Assembly (NCBI GenBank): GCA_964035545.1
Contig: OZ037772.1
Location: 10,290,818-10,354,817, forward strand
Source: Bugula neritina
Taxonomy: Eukaryota; Animalia; Bryozoa
Reading direction: 5' to 3'
DNA length: 64,000 bases
The position numbers and the translations under genes are program-made. The notes beneath the pieces are model-generated. The model made no database searches, had not been told where the DNA came from, and saw only the letters and a list, made by a program, of their open reading frames with translations. This document shows, piece after piece, positions 16,186 to 29,200 of this stretch. The stretch's first letter is position 1, and each line of letters starts with the position of its first letter.

Positions 16186-16769
16186 TTTGTTCTACAAATA
16201 TTAAACAAAGTTGACACGATTCATATATTCATATTGGCATACTCATCATAATAATTATCACAGTGATGAAGTTGAAAATAAACAAGTTTCTGCTATGCTT
16301 TAACTTATAGAACATGAAATTTCAAAACAAGTATAGGTCAGTTTACAACCAAACTGTTGGTTGCATGGTGAGGTATTATTTGATCTTTTCAGCTTTTTAA
16401 CTTTTTAGACTTACTCCAAGTTTAGACTTTTTACAAAGCTCACTACTGCATAAATCTTTGTCTTGTACTTTTCACTTTGATGTATAGTTCTTTTCATAAT
16501 TAGTGTTTTAAATGTATATTCAACCATAACTGACACTCCATTCTTGCTCGCAAACCTAACTATAAGAGTTATGTTCTAGCAGTGCATGGAAACACAAACT
16601 ATAACCCACACCTCTAGTAGCTATAGCAAAACTGCAACAGTGGTGCTAGCTTTTTAGTAGTGATTGATAATCTTCACAAGTCAAATTCACAAGATATTAA
16701 CTGTGAAACTTTTGGACGTAAAGATTAACAATACCATGCAGTTGCTTCAACTAGAAATGTAAAACTTAC

Positions 16770-16960
16770 CAGCACTTAGCAATCACTTAGTGACTTTAGT
16801 TAGTTGATTCAAATTTGAGTTGAGTGAGTATAGATGACTGTTCAATTTGAAGGTAAATGTTCCCTACAAGTTTCCTCTACGAACTCGAAAGTGGAACTGA
16901 TGGTTCAAGTGGAAACTGCTCTTCAGTGAAACCTTGAAATAGTTAATGAGGGAATTTTAT
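16770..16960 (-). promoter_or_regulatory. Putative non-coding first exon and proximal promoter of TRIM copy 1
   Basis: A conserved splice donor (TG|GTAAGT at 16769-16764) lies upstream of the RING-exon acceptor. The block is conserved before copies 2 (30315-30510) and 4 (54297-54490) and contains clustered GAAA/GGAA motifs. Confidence 0.45.
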
Positions 16961-17614
16961 TTCTCCCTTACTTAGCCTTATCTGCTTTAAAGCCCTGCGT
17001 AATGTTTACCAAGTGTGATAAAGGATCACCTGGTATTTATGATAGCTGCAAAATACACTTAAGTTGGTGATAACTTGCCATGCAAAGGGTTAGTGTGTTG
17101 AGATTGTTTTTAAAGCTGAGTAAACATACCCGGGTTCAGTTGTTGTTTGTCAGCATTAATGAAGCCATTATATGCCTACTTCATTGTAACAAAAAGCTTG
17201 TTCAAAATATAATGTTTGTAAAATTATATAAAGCATAATTATATAACAGGGGTTACTCATTCCATTTCTTGGCATTTTTCATCTTGGTGATATAAAGCTA
17301 TATACTGTAAGCAAAGTATTTGCATTTGAAACAACAACCAAGAATGCCAGACTGTTGAATTTGTAACACAATTTGTTGTAATGATATTCTCAAATATCAT
17401 CAGTTAGCAACTTCTCAAGGAATTGATTCAACAAGATGCTTGATGTTTGGTTACCATGGTGATTGTTTACTTTATTGTATTAACTATTTGCTTTCACACA
17501 CGAAGCTTAAAAACAACATACAGAAATATTTAGAAATGCATAATTAATGCCAGAACTAAATCCTAAAAGGCACAAGTGTGAATTTGGAAAGTAATGGTAA
17601 CCAGGCACAGTGGC

Positions 17615-18000
17615 CATTATAGGGGTACAAAAAGTCAGTGTAACCTCAAGAGAAATTGTTGATTTAGAGTTGTGTTTTTATCTTCAGTAAATAAAATTTC
17701 ATAATTTTTCAGCCATTGTTTTTAGCACTTGGTGAACTTACATTTTAAGTAAGTGAGTTCATATTTGTTTTAACGACTTGTTGTAACTTTTCAAGATGTC
17801 ATCCAAGCATTTCGCTTTTTAAACTCAAAGGTAACAAGCCTAGTTTATTTAACAGATATTATCGTCATCACTTGTATCTGCCCTAATTAACTAGTATAAT
17901 AGCCAATTGAAAAGCAATTTTCATTCAGCTACCGTATACATTTGTTTTTCAAGTTGGCCATGTGCATGGGGCACAATGGGCCACCTGACCATATTCTACT
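17615..18000 (-). mobile_element. Old fragment of the 1.3-kb G-tailed MITE family (reverse orientation), co-duplicated at about 31250-31640 and 55135-55530
   Basis: GGGGTACAAAAAG...CAAGATGTC...GGGGCACAATGGGCCACCTGA is the reverse complement of the right part of elements 38338-39687 and 56506-57810. Confidence 0.7.
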
Positions 18001-18499
18001 CCTATCATTTTTATCATTTGGCTTGCCAAAAATTTTAATTCGAGGGAATTTTATTTCTCCCTTACTTAGCCTTATCTGCTTTAAAGCCCTGCGTAATGTT
18101 TACCAAGTGTGATAAGAGTCATATGGCATTTATGACTGTTATAAAATGCATGCAACTTGGTGATAAACTTGTGAATTGCGAAGGTCACATACTTTGTGCT
18201 GCATCCCTCACTCCCCAAACGTGAAGCTAAAGGTCTCATGTATTCATATCTTCAAATAAGTATGTATATTTCAACAGTTTATATCATATTGTTTTGAGTA
18301 GAGAATAATTTAATGTTTTTAATACATAAGCAATAATCAGGCTGCACGTCAAATATTGCTGCAGCTCTGTCAAACAATGATTATAGAAAATGCAAATAAC
18401 TACTGGTATAAATATGTGATTGAATATAGGGCTGGGGGGAACCTGAGTTCACTTGACATAAACAATTAATTTATGTGAAATGAAGGTAATCTGATAATA

Positions 18500-18576
18500 A
18501 TTTTCCGAAACTGGGATTCGAATCTGAAACTTGCGGCCTGCAAGTAAGTGTGCTAACTATTACACCACGGAGACCA
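18500..18576 (-). mobile_element. tRNA-derived SINE head (paralogous copy at about 32140-32213)
   Basis: The minus strand reads GGTCTCCGTGGTGTAATAGTTAGCACACTTACTTGCAGG...GATTCGAATCCC, with A and B boxes. Confidence 0.6.
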
Positions 18577-19218
18577 TTAGACTACTGTTAACTGACATCA
18601 ATATATATAAAAATTATGTGTAATTAAACTATGTTAACTTAACGACATTATGTATAATTACTAAAACATGCAGTAAAATAAATCTTTCAGATTAAAATGC
18701 TTCGTAATACAATGATGTTATGTAAATTAGAGTGTCCTAAGTCTACTTATAATATAACCATATTTTATAGGAAGAAGGCAACTCCTTTAGTATGCTCCAG
18801 ATATGGAATGTCTTACAAATAGTATAACATTGTATATTATTTAGTATATTAGTATGACACATTAGTATACCATATTATGTATAATGTCAACAGCTGCTTT
18901 ATAATTTGACTATCAGTAGATATATAAACAAGTGGAGATAACTGGTAATATGTACACTCCTGATTTACTACCATTGATTATACATACAAATCAGTAAAAC
19001 ATAATACAATTTACAATGTAAGAAAATGATACAATAAGCTACAGGTCACAAATATAACACAGTACAATAAAATACAATGCAATATAACATAATATATAAC
19101 ATAACGCAATACAATATAACACCACATGCAAAGCAATACTATACAAATACATAAAAGGGGAAACATTGCAACAAAAATTACTGACCCTTCTTAGAGTATC
19201 CAGTCTATTAGTTCACTT

Positions 19219-19345
19219 TCACTTCAGTTGATGAAATTTAACTTGTCCCTTATATACAAGAGCTTACTGGAACTACTAGAGTAGAGCCAATCTAGATGAG
19301 GTATGTTGTTTTTTTCAGGAAATGTCCCAATTATAGTAACTTTCT
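19219..19345 (-). pseudogene. Orphan, frameshifted TRIM terminal exon (relic of a deleted copy)
   Basis: GGCTCTACTCTAGTAGTTCCAG...GGACAAGTTAAATTTCATCAACTGAAGTGA matches the last exon but has indels. No propeller exon lies on its 5' side. Confidence 0.8.
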
Positions 19346-22300
19346 CATAATTATGAACACATTTATTGTAGAAATCAAGGAAATAAAAATTGTAAGTATG
19401 AGCAACTCTAAACCCTCAGCTGAAAGCTACAAAGCCAAATCTTAATAATTGAACTTTAAAAACAACTCATTACCTATAATTGCAGGAAACTGGAATATTC
19501 AATTATGGCGGAGTTATTAATTGACTCACTTTTTGTGTGTCCAATCGAAATAGTGGATCTCTTTTATAGGTGTATTATTAGCATTCATAGATATTATTTG
19601 CTAACTATTGAATGATGTTGATTTTTTCCCACCAATACAAGATAATATGACTTGATAGGTAAGCTCCCCCAAAGATCTTTATTATTTCTACTTTGGTATA
19701 GTATTACTAACATGTGACCATGCAGCTCCATAAAGTGTTGCTTCTATATGTTGAGTGAAAGTACATAAATATTGTAGATGATGTAACATACAGTGTTGAC
19801 TATTAAAGACAAAACATGGTTCCTAATAAATTTCTGTAACTACTCAGACTAGAGATGTTCCTATCCCACATCTTAAACAGCTCTGCCTACAATAATATAA
19901 AAAAGTAACTCTTCACAGGATACAACTTCAATTGCTAATAGCTATAATATGCTTTGTACAATGTTTACTAGTAGAGATGGAATTGGTTATTTAAGAGGTA
20001 CACAAAAAGTTATATTGAATCCTTAAATTTCATATCATATGATCTGCAGAGCTTGATATATAGCATGTCAGTTTGATTGTTGTTGCTGCATGGAATTTAG
20101 TTTGATTTTGTAAAAATGTTTTTAAAGAGTTTTGGTGAACGGAATGTGATGGTTGACAGAAACTTTATCTGGAACTTAGTATTTTGTGTGCAGCCGACAC
20201 TGTTTTGGCTTTATCTCTGATTTTATTATATAACATTTGAATTATAAGTACGGATAAATTACTAAAAAAGAATGTCTCTGTATGCCAATACTTAGTAGAT
20301 AAAAGTCGTTTTGCTTTTTCACCAAATGAAAGGTAGTTCAAGTTTGTAGAAATATCAGCTGCCATATCTTTTGTAGCGAGAGCTTTTTAGTGAATGCTTT
20401 AATTCCAGCTTATAATATCACTTAATAGTACACTGCATAATAAGATGGAAAAAGTAAGGCGAGTTAAGCTGCACTCAAATTATTAGTGGCTATAATCTCT
20501 ATAAGGAAAAAGCTTTTCACTTGCATTAAGATCCTTTGCACATCAGTTGAGAAAGAAGAACTTTTGCAGAGTAATAAAACAGTTTATACTAAATGAAAAT
20601 AGATGTGTGATAATTTCTAAAAGGTGATGGCAAAAAAGTTACAGAGTATTCAAAGTAAAACTAGATACAAGTTTGGATTTCTCTTTATTAGATGAAGAAT
20701 CAATTGCCAAATAAAAAGCAACATTATCTTTATCAAAGAAACTGCTTATTGTAAGGGAATAATGTGCTATTTCTTGCTACTGATTATAATTTCATACCAC
20801 AGCTGAAAACAGTTTCAAATCATACCATATCTGAATGCAACACAGCAATCTGTCCATATTATTAGCAAAATCTGATGCATTAGTAATTTCTAAGACAGCA
20901 AACATAAACACAGTTAATTGGGCTTGATAAAATTGCAAATAACAAAAGTTTAGTCAAGATAGAAAATAATAGGAAATTGAGTGAAAATTTTGCAAATTTA
21001 AAGTACATAATATATCTGTAGCCACCACCAATAAGATTATTATATAAAGTTTACATATTTGTAGAAATATATTGTGTATAATTGATATAACGCACAATAG
21101 CCTGGATTTTCCAGTATATAATGCACCAGTACAAGAACTTGAGTGATAATATTGAATGAAAGACACTACTTGTACTATATTGGCAGATCACGTGGTTATA
21201 GCCTGTCTAGTAGTCCACTGTAAAGTAGGAAGTTAAACATGCAGATGTCTATAGTGAAGGGAACTGACTTAGTTGACTCATTAAAGCAGTGATGTACTGG
21301 GAAGGTAACTCCTTATGTATGACTCAACATGTTGTGTTCTACAAAGCATAACAAAGATGTCTAGTATATACAATATCTGCCATGTTATAATAATATAATG
21401 CTATGAGACATTAGTATATACACTGTATTGTAAACCATTGCTTTATAATTTAACTATTGATTGGTAACTAATCAGGGGAGATAACTGGTAATAATGTGCA
21501 CACTAATAGTTAACCAACAATATTATTATAATACTATAGAGAGTCATGATACTTCTATGCAATAAAATGCAATGCAACACACAATATTATACAACAAGAT
21601 GCAATGTAAAACTATTCAATACAAAGCAGCATTAGCAAGATGAATTAGAAAGGCACTCAGTACCTCTCACAACATTTACTAACCTTTATTAGAGTATCCC
21701 AGTCATTTAGTTCACATTCACTTCAGCTGGTAGAACTTGACTTGTCCATTATAAGAGCATGCTGGAACTACTAGAGTAGAGCCAGTGACGTGGAGATCAG
21801 GTATATAAGTATATTCAACTGTAGATATCCTGGTTAGTAACTTGCCTGTTGAGATAAAAGACATAATGTTCTTTTTTAGGAATTAAAGATAATATAAAGA
21901 GAGTGCAGTTTATTTGTAGCAAATAACTAAATATGAATGAACTCATTTCATCATATTATAACACATATATTTCATACACTATATGTATTCTACACAGTAA
22001 CTAACCTGTATGTAATGATAGTACACGGAGTGTGTTAGGTTCAGCATCATCAGCCACAAGTACAAACTCATCTCTATAGCAGGTTACTCCATAAGGTTTA
22101 GCCACTTCCTTACACTGCCAGATGATGTCACCTGATGAGGTGTCTACTCTGTATACTAGAGATGAGTGAAGCTGAAATATAATGATTGAGTTGCTATCTG
22201 CAGCAGACAGACATACAGCAGTATCAGTAAGTAGAGGACAGGGTAGACTGTTTACTACCTCCCCATTCAGAGAGTAGAATACTAGAGTTTTTTTCAGCCT

Positions 22301-22802
22301 GTCAGGAATAGCTATCTGGTTGTTTATGATGGCAAGCTGATTTAGCCACTTTGATTTATTATCTGTATGAGTCCAGCTGGTGATGAATCTCCCTTTAAGG
22401 TCATGAACTCTTACAGTTGAATCAAAAGACAGAGTATATATCCTATCATTATGTACTGAGATACTCGTCACATTGCTACCTTTAATAGAGATGAATGATT
22501 TAGTTACTTTGTTGTTCTCATCTATCCTGTCTACACCTCCATTACACCCAGCATATGTGACACCTTTATAGGTGTGAACAGAAAAGCAGCCCAGAGAAAC
22601 TGTAACAACTTTTATCAGTTTTACAGACTTGGGTAGTGGAGGTGAGACAACCAGTCCTTGTTCAGGAGTTATCCTTGCTCTCTTTTCATTGGTCAACTCA
22701 ATCTCTGTATCTCTTTTCTCTTCTGTAATAAAATATTAACACACATGACAGGGTAATATAATATAAAACAGCTGATACATCAGAAAAACTAGCAGATATA
22801 TA

Positions 22803-25341
22803 CACAGTTAGTTTAAGGTCATTACTTTCCAGATTCATGCACTGCTTTATGTTATATATAAACGGTTTCCAGGGGATAGCTCGAACAGTTTTTGTCTCAC
22901 ATTAACAAATTTTACATGAAAAGATAGCTCTTGCATTCCTCTTTCATATACTTTTTTAATTTTTCAATAAAAAATTTTCTGAGAAAGTTGTTGCATAATA
23001 AGTAAAATTTTACACCCTCCATGTTCCACTGCTGTAGCACAGGGGATTCATTTTATAAAGTCTAAAAGTTAAACTTGACATTCCTTGATATGTTTTCTCT
23101 AATATACTTTCTTTGTTTTTTGAAATTCTGTTTATGCTCTTCACAATTTGTTAAAAACATACACCATTTTGCAAGTTTCACTGCAATTTTCTAAATTCTT
23201 CATATGGTGGTTCTAGCTACGCTCCTGTGACTAATTATAACATTCCTAGTACGTTTGCCGCTCTGCGCTATCACAATAACATATAGTACCCTCTCGCACA
23301 AATTGGCAATCTATTGGATTTCTGCCAATATAATGTTCCCTGTTTTACATTAGCACTTAGCTGAATCATCTCACTATGTTACAATAATATATTGAAAATG
23401 CCTCAGCACAACATAATTCTTTGTTTGTTTGGCAGAGTTAATTTCAGCTAAATCACTTCACTTTGCAGTCTTGTCAGTAAAGGTCTGTCTATAGCGCAGC
23501 AGGTGTATACTTTCAGTTTCTCTAATTCACATATGATTATTTTAAGTACATTGTATTCTATAAGATCAATTTAAGGTTTAGTCTAGTGTTCAGTATCTAA
23601 TTATTATGCATGTATGTTGTCTTACTGTTGAAAAAAAGTTAAAAAAAAACTTTACAATTATAGCCATATTTATTATACATGCGTGGGATTTGCATAAGTT
23701 GACAAAAAAAATTGCAACATAACAGGGTTGAACCATGACCAACCAACACGTCGCTGACGCCTCTAACCTCTGGACCACGCAGTCATCGTTAATGGAACGC
23801 GCACTATTTGAGTCACTATCATTACATAAATATTTCGCGCGCAAATGGGTTATAATTATTAGGCTGTCAATTCATGTTGATAGCAGTCAAAGCAAATGGT
23901 TTTGAACAAATAACCCAAAAGTTTAAAAATAAGTAGCTTGCGTATTACTAGCTACAAAAACAGGTCTGAAATAGACTGGTAAAGCAAGCTCTTATTGTAG
24001 AGTTTGCAGATGTGCTCTAAAATAAAACTTAAACTGTATGCTATTACATAAGTATTTGTATGCGAGAGATAAATGGACATTACTGAGTTTCTGGAAAACA
24101 ACATACTTGAAGTTAACTTTGACAATGGTGTGTTATTTTCATCATAGCTAGCCTATAGCATAAATCTCTAATCATATGAATCTTTATGAAGCCCACAGCT
24201 CATGTAAGGGTGGCAATGTAATTTGAAATGAACAATTATGTTGCTGCATTGTGTCTAAGGTATATTAGAGAGCAGAATTTCGTTTTACTAGCCTACCCCA
24301 ACGGCATTCTACAATGCAGCTTATATGCTGGCAGTTGTAATAAGTACTGCCAATAGCAAGGTTACTATCACTGCTAGCTCTGTGCAGCATGTAACCTCTT
24401 GAATAATTGCGCCAATTTTAAACTCTTGGAAGTTGGCCAAGTTATCATATCGCAGCCAGCCACCGGAGACAAAGCATCAGAGCTATTCATATAATATTAT
24501 ACTGATGCACTTGGTAGCAGAGTGGCTAATCTAATATAGTTCATAGTTCAACACCCTTTACTTTGGGAATACAGCCTCTTTTTTTAGGTTTACCTAACAA
24601 AGCATGAAAATATCTAAACTGATATTCTGATAATTTAGAGGTACATTTTGAAAACTAGGTTAATTGCACTTGCTTGCGCAACAACAATAATAAAATAGAT
24701 ATTATGCAGTATAATAAAAACACACATAATACTATATAATATATTATAATGATAATAATATAATATTATAAGTACCATTACTGCATTTTATAAATCACAT
24801 GGTTGCCAAAAAAATGTATCACAAATTTTGTAATTATACATCAAAAAGAGAACTAGCTAGGCAGCAGGTTAGAATAGAGTAAATTTTTAAAACATGAAAT
24901 CATGATTTGACTATTGTTTTATTTAGGCCAACCAACCTAGGAATACAAGATTGGGTTTTAGCTGACAGTTTATAACATTTAGCTTTTGAGCCAGCAGCAC
25001 TGGCACTTGTGAAGTATAGGCAAAGTTAGTGAAGCGAGACTAATAAGCACTCAAATACAAGGCATATTATTGAGACACAATAACAAGTCAGGAGCGTATA
25101 AATTGAATAGAATGTGGAAGGGGGACTATGTTTTTCAACAAGCTATAACTTAAACATGAATTGGCTTTTGAAAAAAATAAAAAAGTATATTGGAGAACAT
25201 AAGTTTCTTTATCTTTTCATATTTTTTTTGTTCCTGTGACATTCAACCTGTTCGAGCTATCAGTGGAACATTGTTCATATAGAACATAAAGCACCTGGCA
25301 AAGAGCCAGAAAATGAAAAGTATGACCTTAAACCAACTGTG
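22803..25341. mobile_element. 2.54-kb non-autonomous TIR DNA transposon, TA target-site duplication, in the intron before the propeller exon of copy 2
   Basis: TA|CACAGTTAGTTTAAGGTCA ... TGACCTTAAACCAACTGTG|TA with further subterminal inverted similarity (GATAGCTCGAACAG). The empty site AGCAGGTATATAAACATAC is at about 34326; a second, inverted copy is at 40593-43155. No long ORF. Confidence 0.93.
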
Positions 25342-25913
25342 TAAACATACATGTATATTGTGGTGCATCACTACACAAACAGCAGTGCTATAGCAGCACT
25401 GCAATGACCGTGCACTTTTCATTTAAAAAATTATTATTACAATTTTGCTTTCCATACCAGATTATTTTTATGGGAATCAACTATTAAAAAAATTTAAAAA
25501 ATCAGCAGCTCCCTTCATGTCAACAAAATATTAAAATCAGTTCTAATGATATTCTATTTAGTGATATACTACTATATTAAATTAGGTTATGTTCATCAAA
25601 AACTTGTATTAGTATTCTCCAAGAGTAAGCACAGCTATTGCACAAGTGTGTAAATCTATAGAATAGTTGAGAGAAGTATACAGATTGGGGGAGATGTAGG
25701 CCACTTCCTCCTCAGTGTAAATTAAATACTAAAGATTCCCACTAACATTATTTAATTCAAAACTTGGTGTAATAGTATATTGTAGGGATGTAGTGTGGCA
25801 ATAGTATAAACCCAGTTTTGGAAAATATCATTATATAGTAATGCTTTCATCATGTTAAATTAAACTATTATGTATAATGTATTTTTATAAGACAAATATA
25901 TAAAGTGAAATAC

Positions 25914-26201
25914 TAGTCAAACGCACTAACTCCTAAACTGAGGCTGCTCCTAAAAATATATGTCCTCGCTTAGGGCATATTTCTGAGAGCAGCCGTAGTC
26001 TATGAGTTAGATCGATTGCTCAGTAAGCACAAAGTCAAGGATTCGAGCCCGGGCAAAGGCCATTGGTGATGTTAGAAAGAGCATCCAGTCATAATTGCTC
26101 CTGTGCCTCATTTAAATAAGTCTTTAGCCCTCTTTAACAAAAACCTCAGGGGTTTCTCACAGAGATGGTGACTATAGACTTGCAAGAGTTTTTTTATATT
26201 G
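25914..26201 (+). mobile_element. tRNA-derived SINE insertion (MetaSINE-like central block), specific to copy 2
   Basis: Head GAGCAGCC...GGATTCGAGCCC followed by GGCCATTGGTGATGTTAGAAAGAGCATCCAGTCATAATTGCTCC. It is flanked by the direct repeat AGTGAAATAC and homologous to 43770-43970. The Meta-domain resemblance is from memory and unverified. Confidence 0.75.
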
Positions 26202-29200
26202 AGTGAAATACCAAACGAGGAAAATGAAAATGAAAATGTAACAATTAGCAACATATAGCTTACATACATAATATACCCGAAATCTAAAGGTCAAAATATA
26301 CTTCCGTGATGATGTTATAATTTAAATACGACAAGACATAACAAAATGTCATAAAATGACCATTTATTATAGTTCTATTCAATATGTTGTTTTAAATAAT
26401 TTTGCATGGATAACATATAAAACCAACCTTTGATTTTAACTGATGTTACAAAATCAAAATCCATTAACTTAGGAATCTCTTCTGTCAACAGTCTATCAAT
26501 CTCCTTCTTCATATCACGATATGACTTGATGATGTCAACCTAACAATTATACATATACATACAATGTGACACTGTGTATAGCAGGTGCTTGGGAGTTGTC
26601 TGCTTATATTATCGAGCATGTCAGGGTTGAGTATGGACAATGTGATCAACAACAATGCTGTATTTGACACCAACAAAATAATCTAAAAAGCAGGGCAATG
26701 CAAAATATTGAAGGATAGAGATTGCAATGCAGTATAAGGGAAACAGACTTCTACAAACTAATGGGTAAAGTTTACACTAATAAACTGCGCCCTAAGAAAG
26801 CACAGATTTCAAATTTGACAGTGTGCTATATGGTATTAAATACAGCATCCTAATATAGTATTATAAAATATTATCCTATAGTATATTGTGAAGTGTCCTA
26901 TACGATTATACACTATACTGTATCATATGGTATTAACTATTATACTGCAGCATCCTACAGTAGTTTACAGTATTCTATGGTATTATACAGTAACGTATAG
27001 TATTATATAATGTCCTATAGTACTATATACGGTATCCTATGATATTATAAGTATTAATTAGGGTATTATTGTATTATACAGTATCCTATATATTATAATA
27101 CAGTGTCATATAGCGTTATAGTACCGGGTGTCAAACCTTTTCAGACCGAGGGCAAATGAAGTGAAATATTCTATAATGAGAACGACCAGTCTGTTAAACT
27201 TAGCTTGAACTGTGAACACAGTGACAGTATTTTTTTAATTGCTTCATTCAAAATTCTTATAAATCATTACACAATGAAGTCCTATTAACTAATACAGGCT
27301 GTATATGTTTTAGCAATGTATACAAAAAGATATTTAATTAAGGGTGTTTTTCCACTTTAATTAGTATATCTGAGCAAAAAAATTTGCTTTATGTCTTTTA
27401 GGGTGGCATAAATGTTGGACAGCCCTATATTGTAGTAGTCCCATTATTGGTCATTACCTGATCCATTTTCTACTTATATAATCTTTCGATGTTATTTACA
27501 GATAGAGAAACAATAAATATATAAATTATAAAAAGACACTGAAATATTACATAAAATTGCTACAGATCCAAACATCTACTATCCATACTCTACAACTAAC
27601 CTCATGACTTTGGTCTAACTTAGCCCCTATTCCTGTTCTGTGATTATACAGCTCACGGTATCTAACCCCAACTTCCTCTACCATGAAATTCACTGCTCGA
27701 CTCTCAGTAGTTTCTCTCTTCTCCACCAGTTCTTTCTCTAGTTCGTCATACTTCTGTTGAATAGCTGCTATCTAAATACAGTCACAATAAATGTTAGACA
27801 AGCTAGAAAAATTTGGAGAGTGTCTGAGTGTATAACTGCATCTTGCATCTATAACCAAAAAGTAGCTTATCTCAGATGATTATAAAAAAGCTATAAACAA
27901 ACTCTCACAGTTTCTATATGATCTTTATAATTATGAAATTTAAAAACCATGTAATAATCACCTGGTCATCACGCTGTTTCCATAGCAACATCAGCAGCTT
28001 CTTGGTTTCAGTTCGAAACTCATCAATGTTTGCAGCTATCTTTTGTAATATCCAGATAAGTTGTCTTCTCTTGTCTTCAACTTTGTGACTTCCACCAGCT
28101 GCATTGTTAAATCTTTCAATGTCAAGAGTGTGTGCTGTGATGTACCTGAAGTAATATATACAAAGTAATGTATAAGCTGTTGTGTACCTGAATCATGTAA
28201 TATATATATAGCAAGTAAACAGAAGAATAGACACTTACCATCGACACATACCCCAGCTGTAGATACACACTGGGTACAGAGTAGTTTGAGACAGACTTTA
28301 CAACCCAAAATATACTCTACGTCTGCATGTGTCTCACACATTCTCCTCTCTAACTTAGCAGCGCGAGCTATATACTCTGTCATATTTATTCTAGAATGTT
28401 CTTCGGCCAGATTGTCATGGTCCTAAGACAAATATATACAAAAGAGTTTGTGGCTTACTAACGATATTACATCTAAGATTGCATATAATATACATTATAA
28501 TGGTCCTAATGTCATAATCTTATACTGCGTAAAGTATATATGCAATGCTATATGATATACTTTGAATAATACTAAAAACTATACGCCGTGCAATTTATAG
28601 TGGAATAGAATCATGAATGCAACAAGTAAATCATGAGAGTTATGACCCCTTAATCATATATTTTATCCAGGGTATTCCAAATTACAGCATAATGTATGCT
28701 AATCGATATTTGCTAAACTCTGAAAGCATAAAACCCAATCCATATGAAGAAATGAGTGGAAATAAGTGAATTATTTCGCTTGATCAATGAATTCAAATAT
28801 TGTGGATTTTGTATTGTGTAATTATTAAATTTTTTCTCTGTGAAATAACACCAAAATCCGAATATATTTGGATTTTCGGTAATTTGGCTACCCCAATCTA
28901 TCTATACAAAATATAAGGGTACATTCACAGATAACACAATAAATATTTTTAACTGATGGTGGCTAATTTACTCCAGAGTCTATAATAGACAAATAAAACT
29001 ACATTTGCACACGGCTAAAAATTACAGAGTGTTAACTTACAATGACATGTTTAGCACAGTACAGTTTGGAACAAACTAAACAATACATCAGAGCAGGTGT
29101 ATTATTCACTCCTGACTTTGTGCAAACTTCACAGAGTATAGACTTATCTGTCTTTTTCATCTGGTCTGCTGTTGGCAACTTATCAGGTGTGGTATTGAAT

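Noticed and set aside
28146-28238. In-frame, stop-free 93-nt intron in copy 2 (read through by ORF 28036-28383)
   Set aside because: The paralogous introns are 91, 91 and 95 nt, so the frame preservation is a chance TA slippage. It does not rescue the downstream frameshift.
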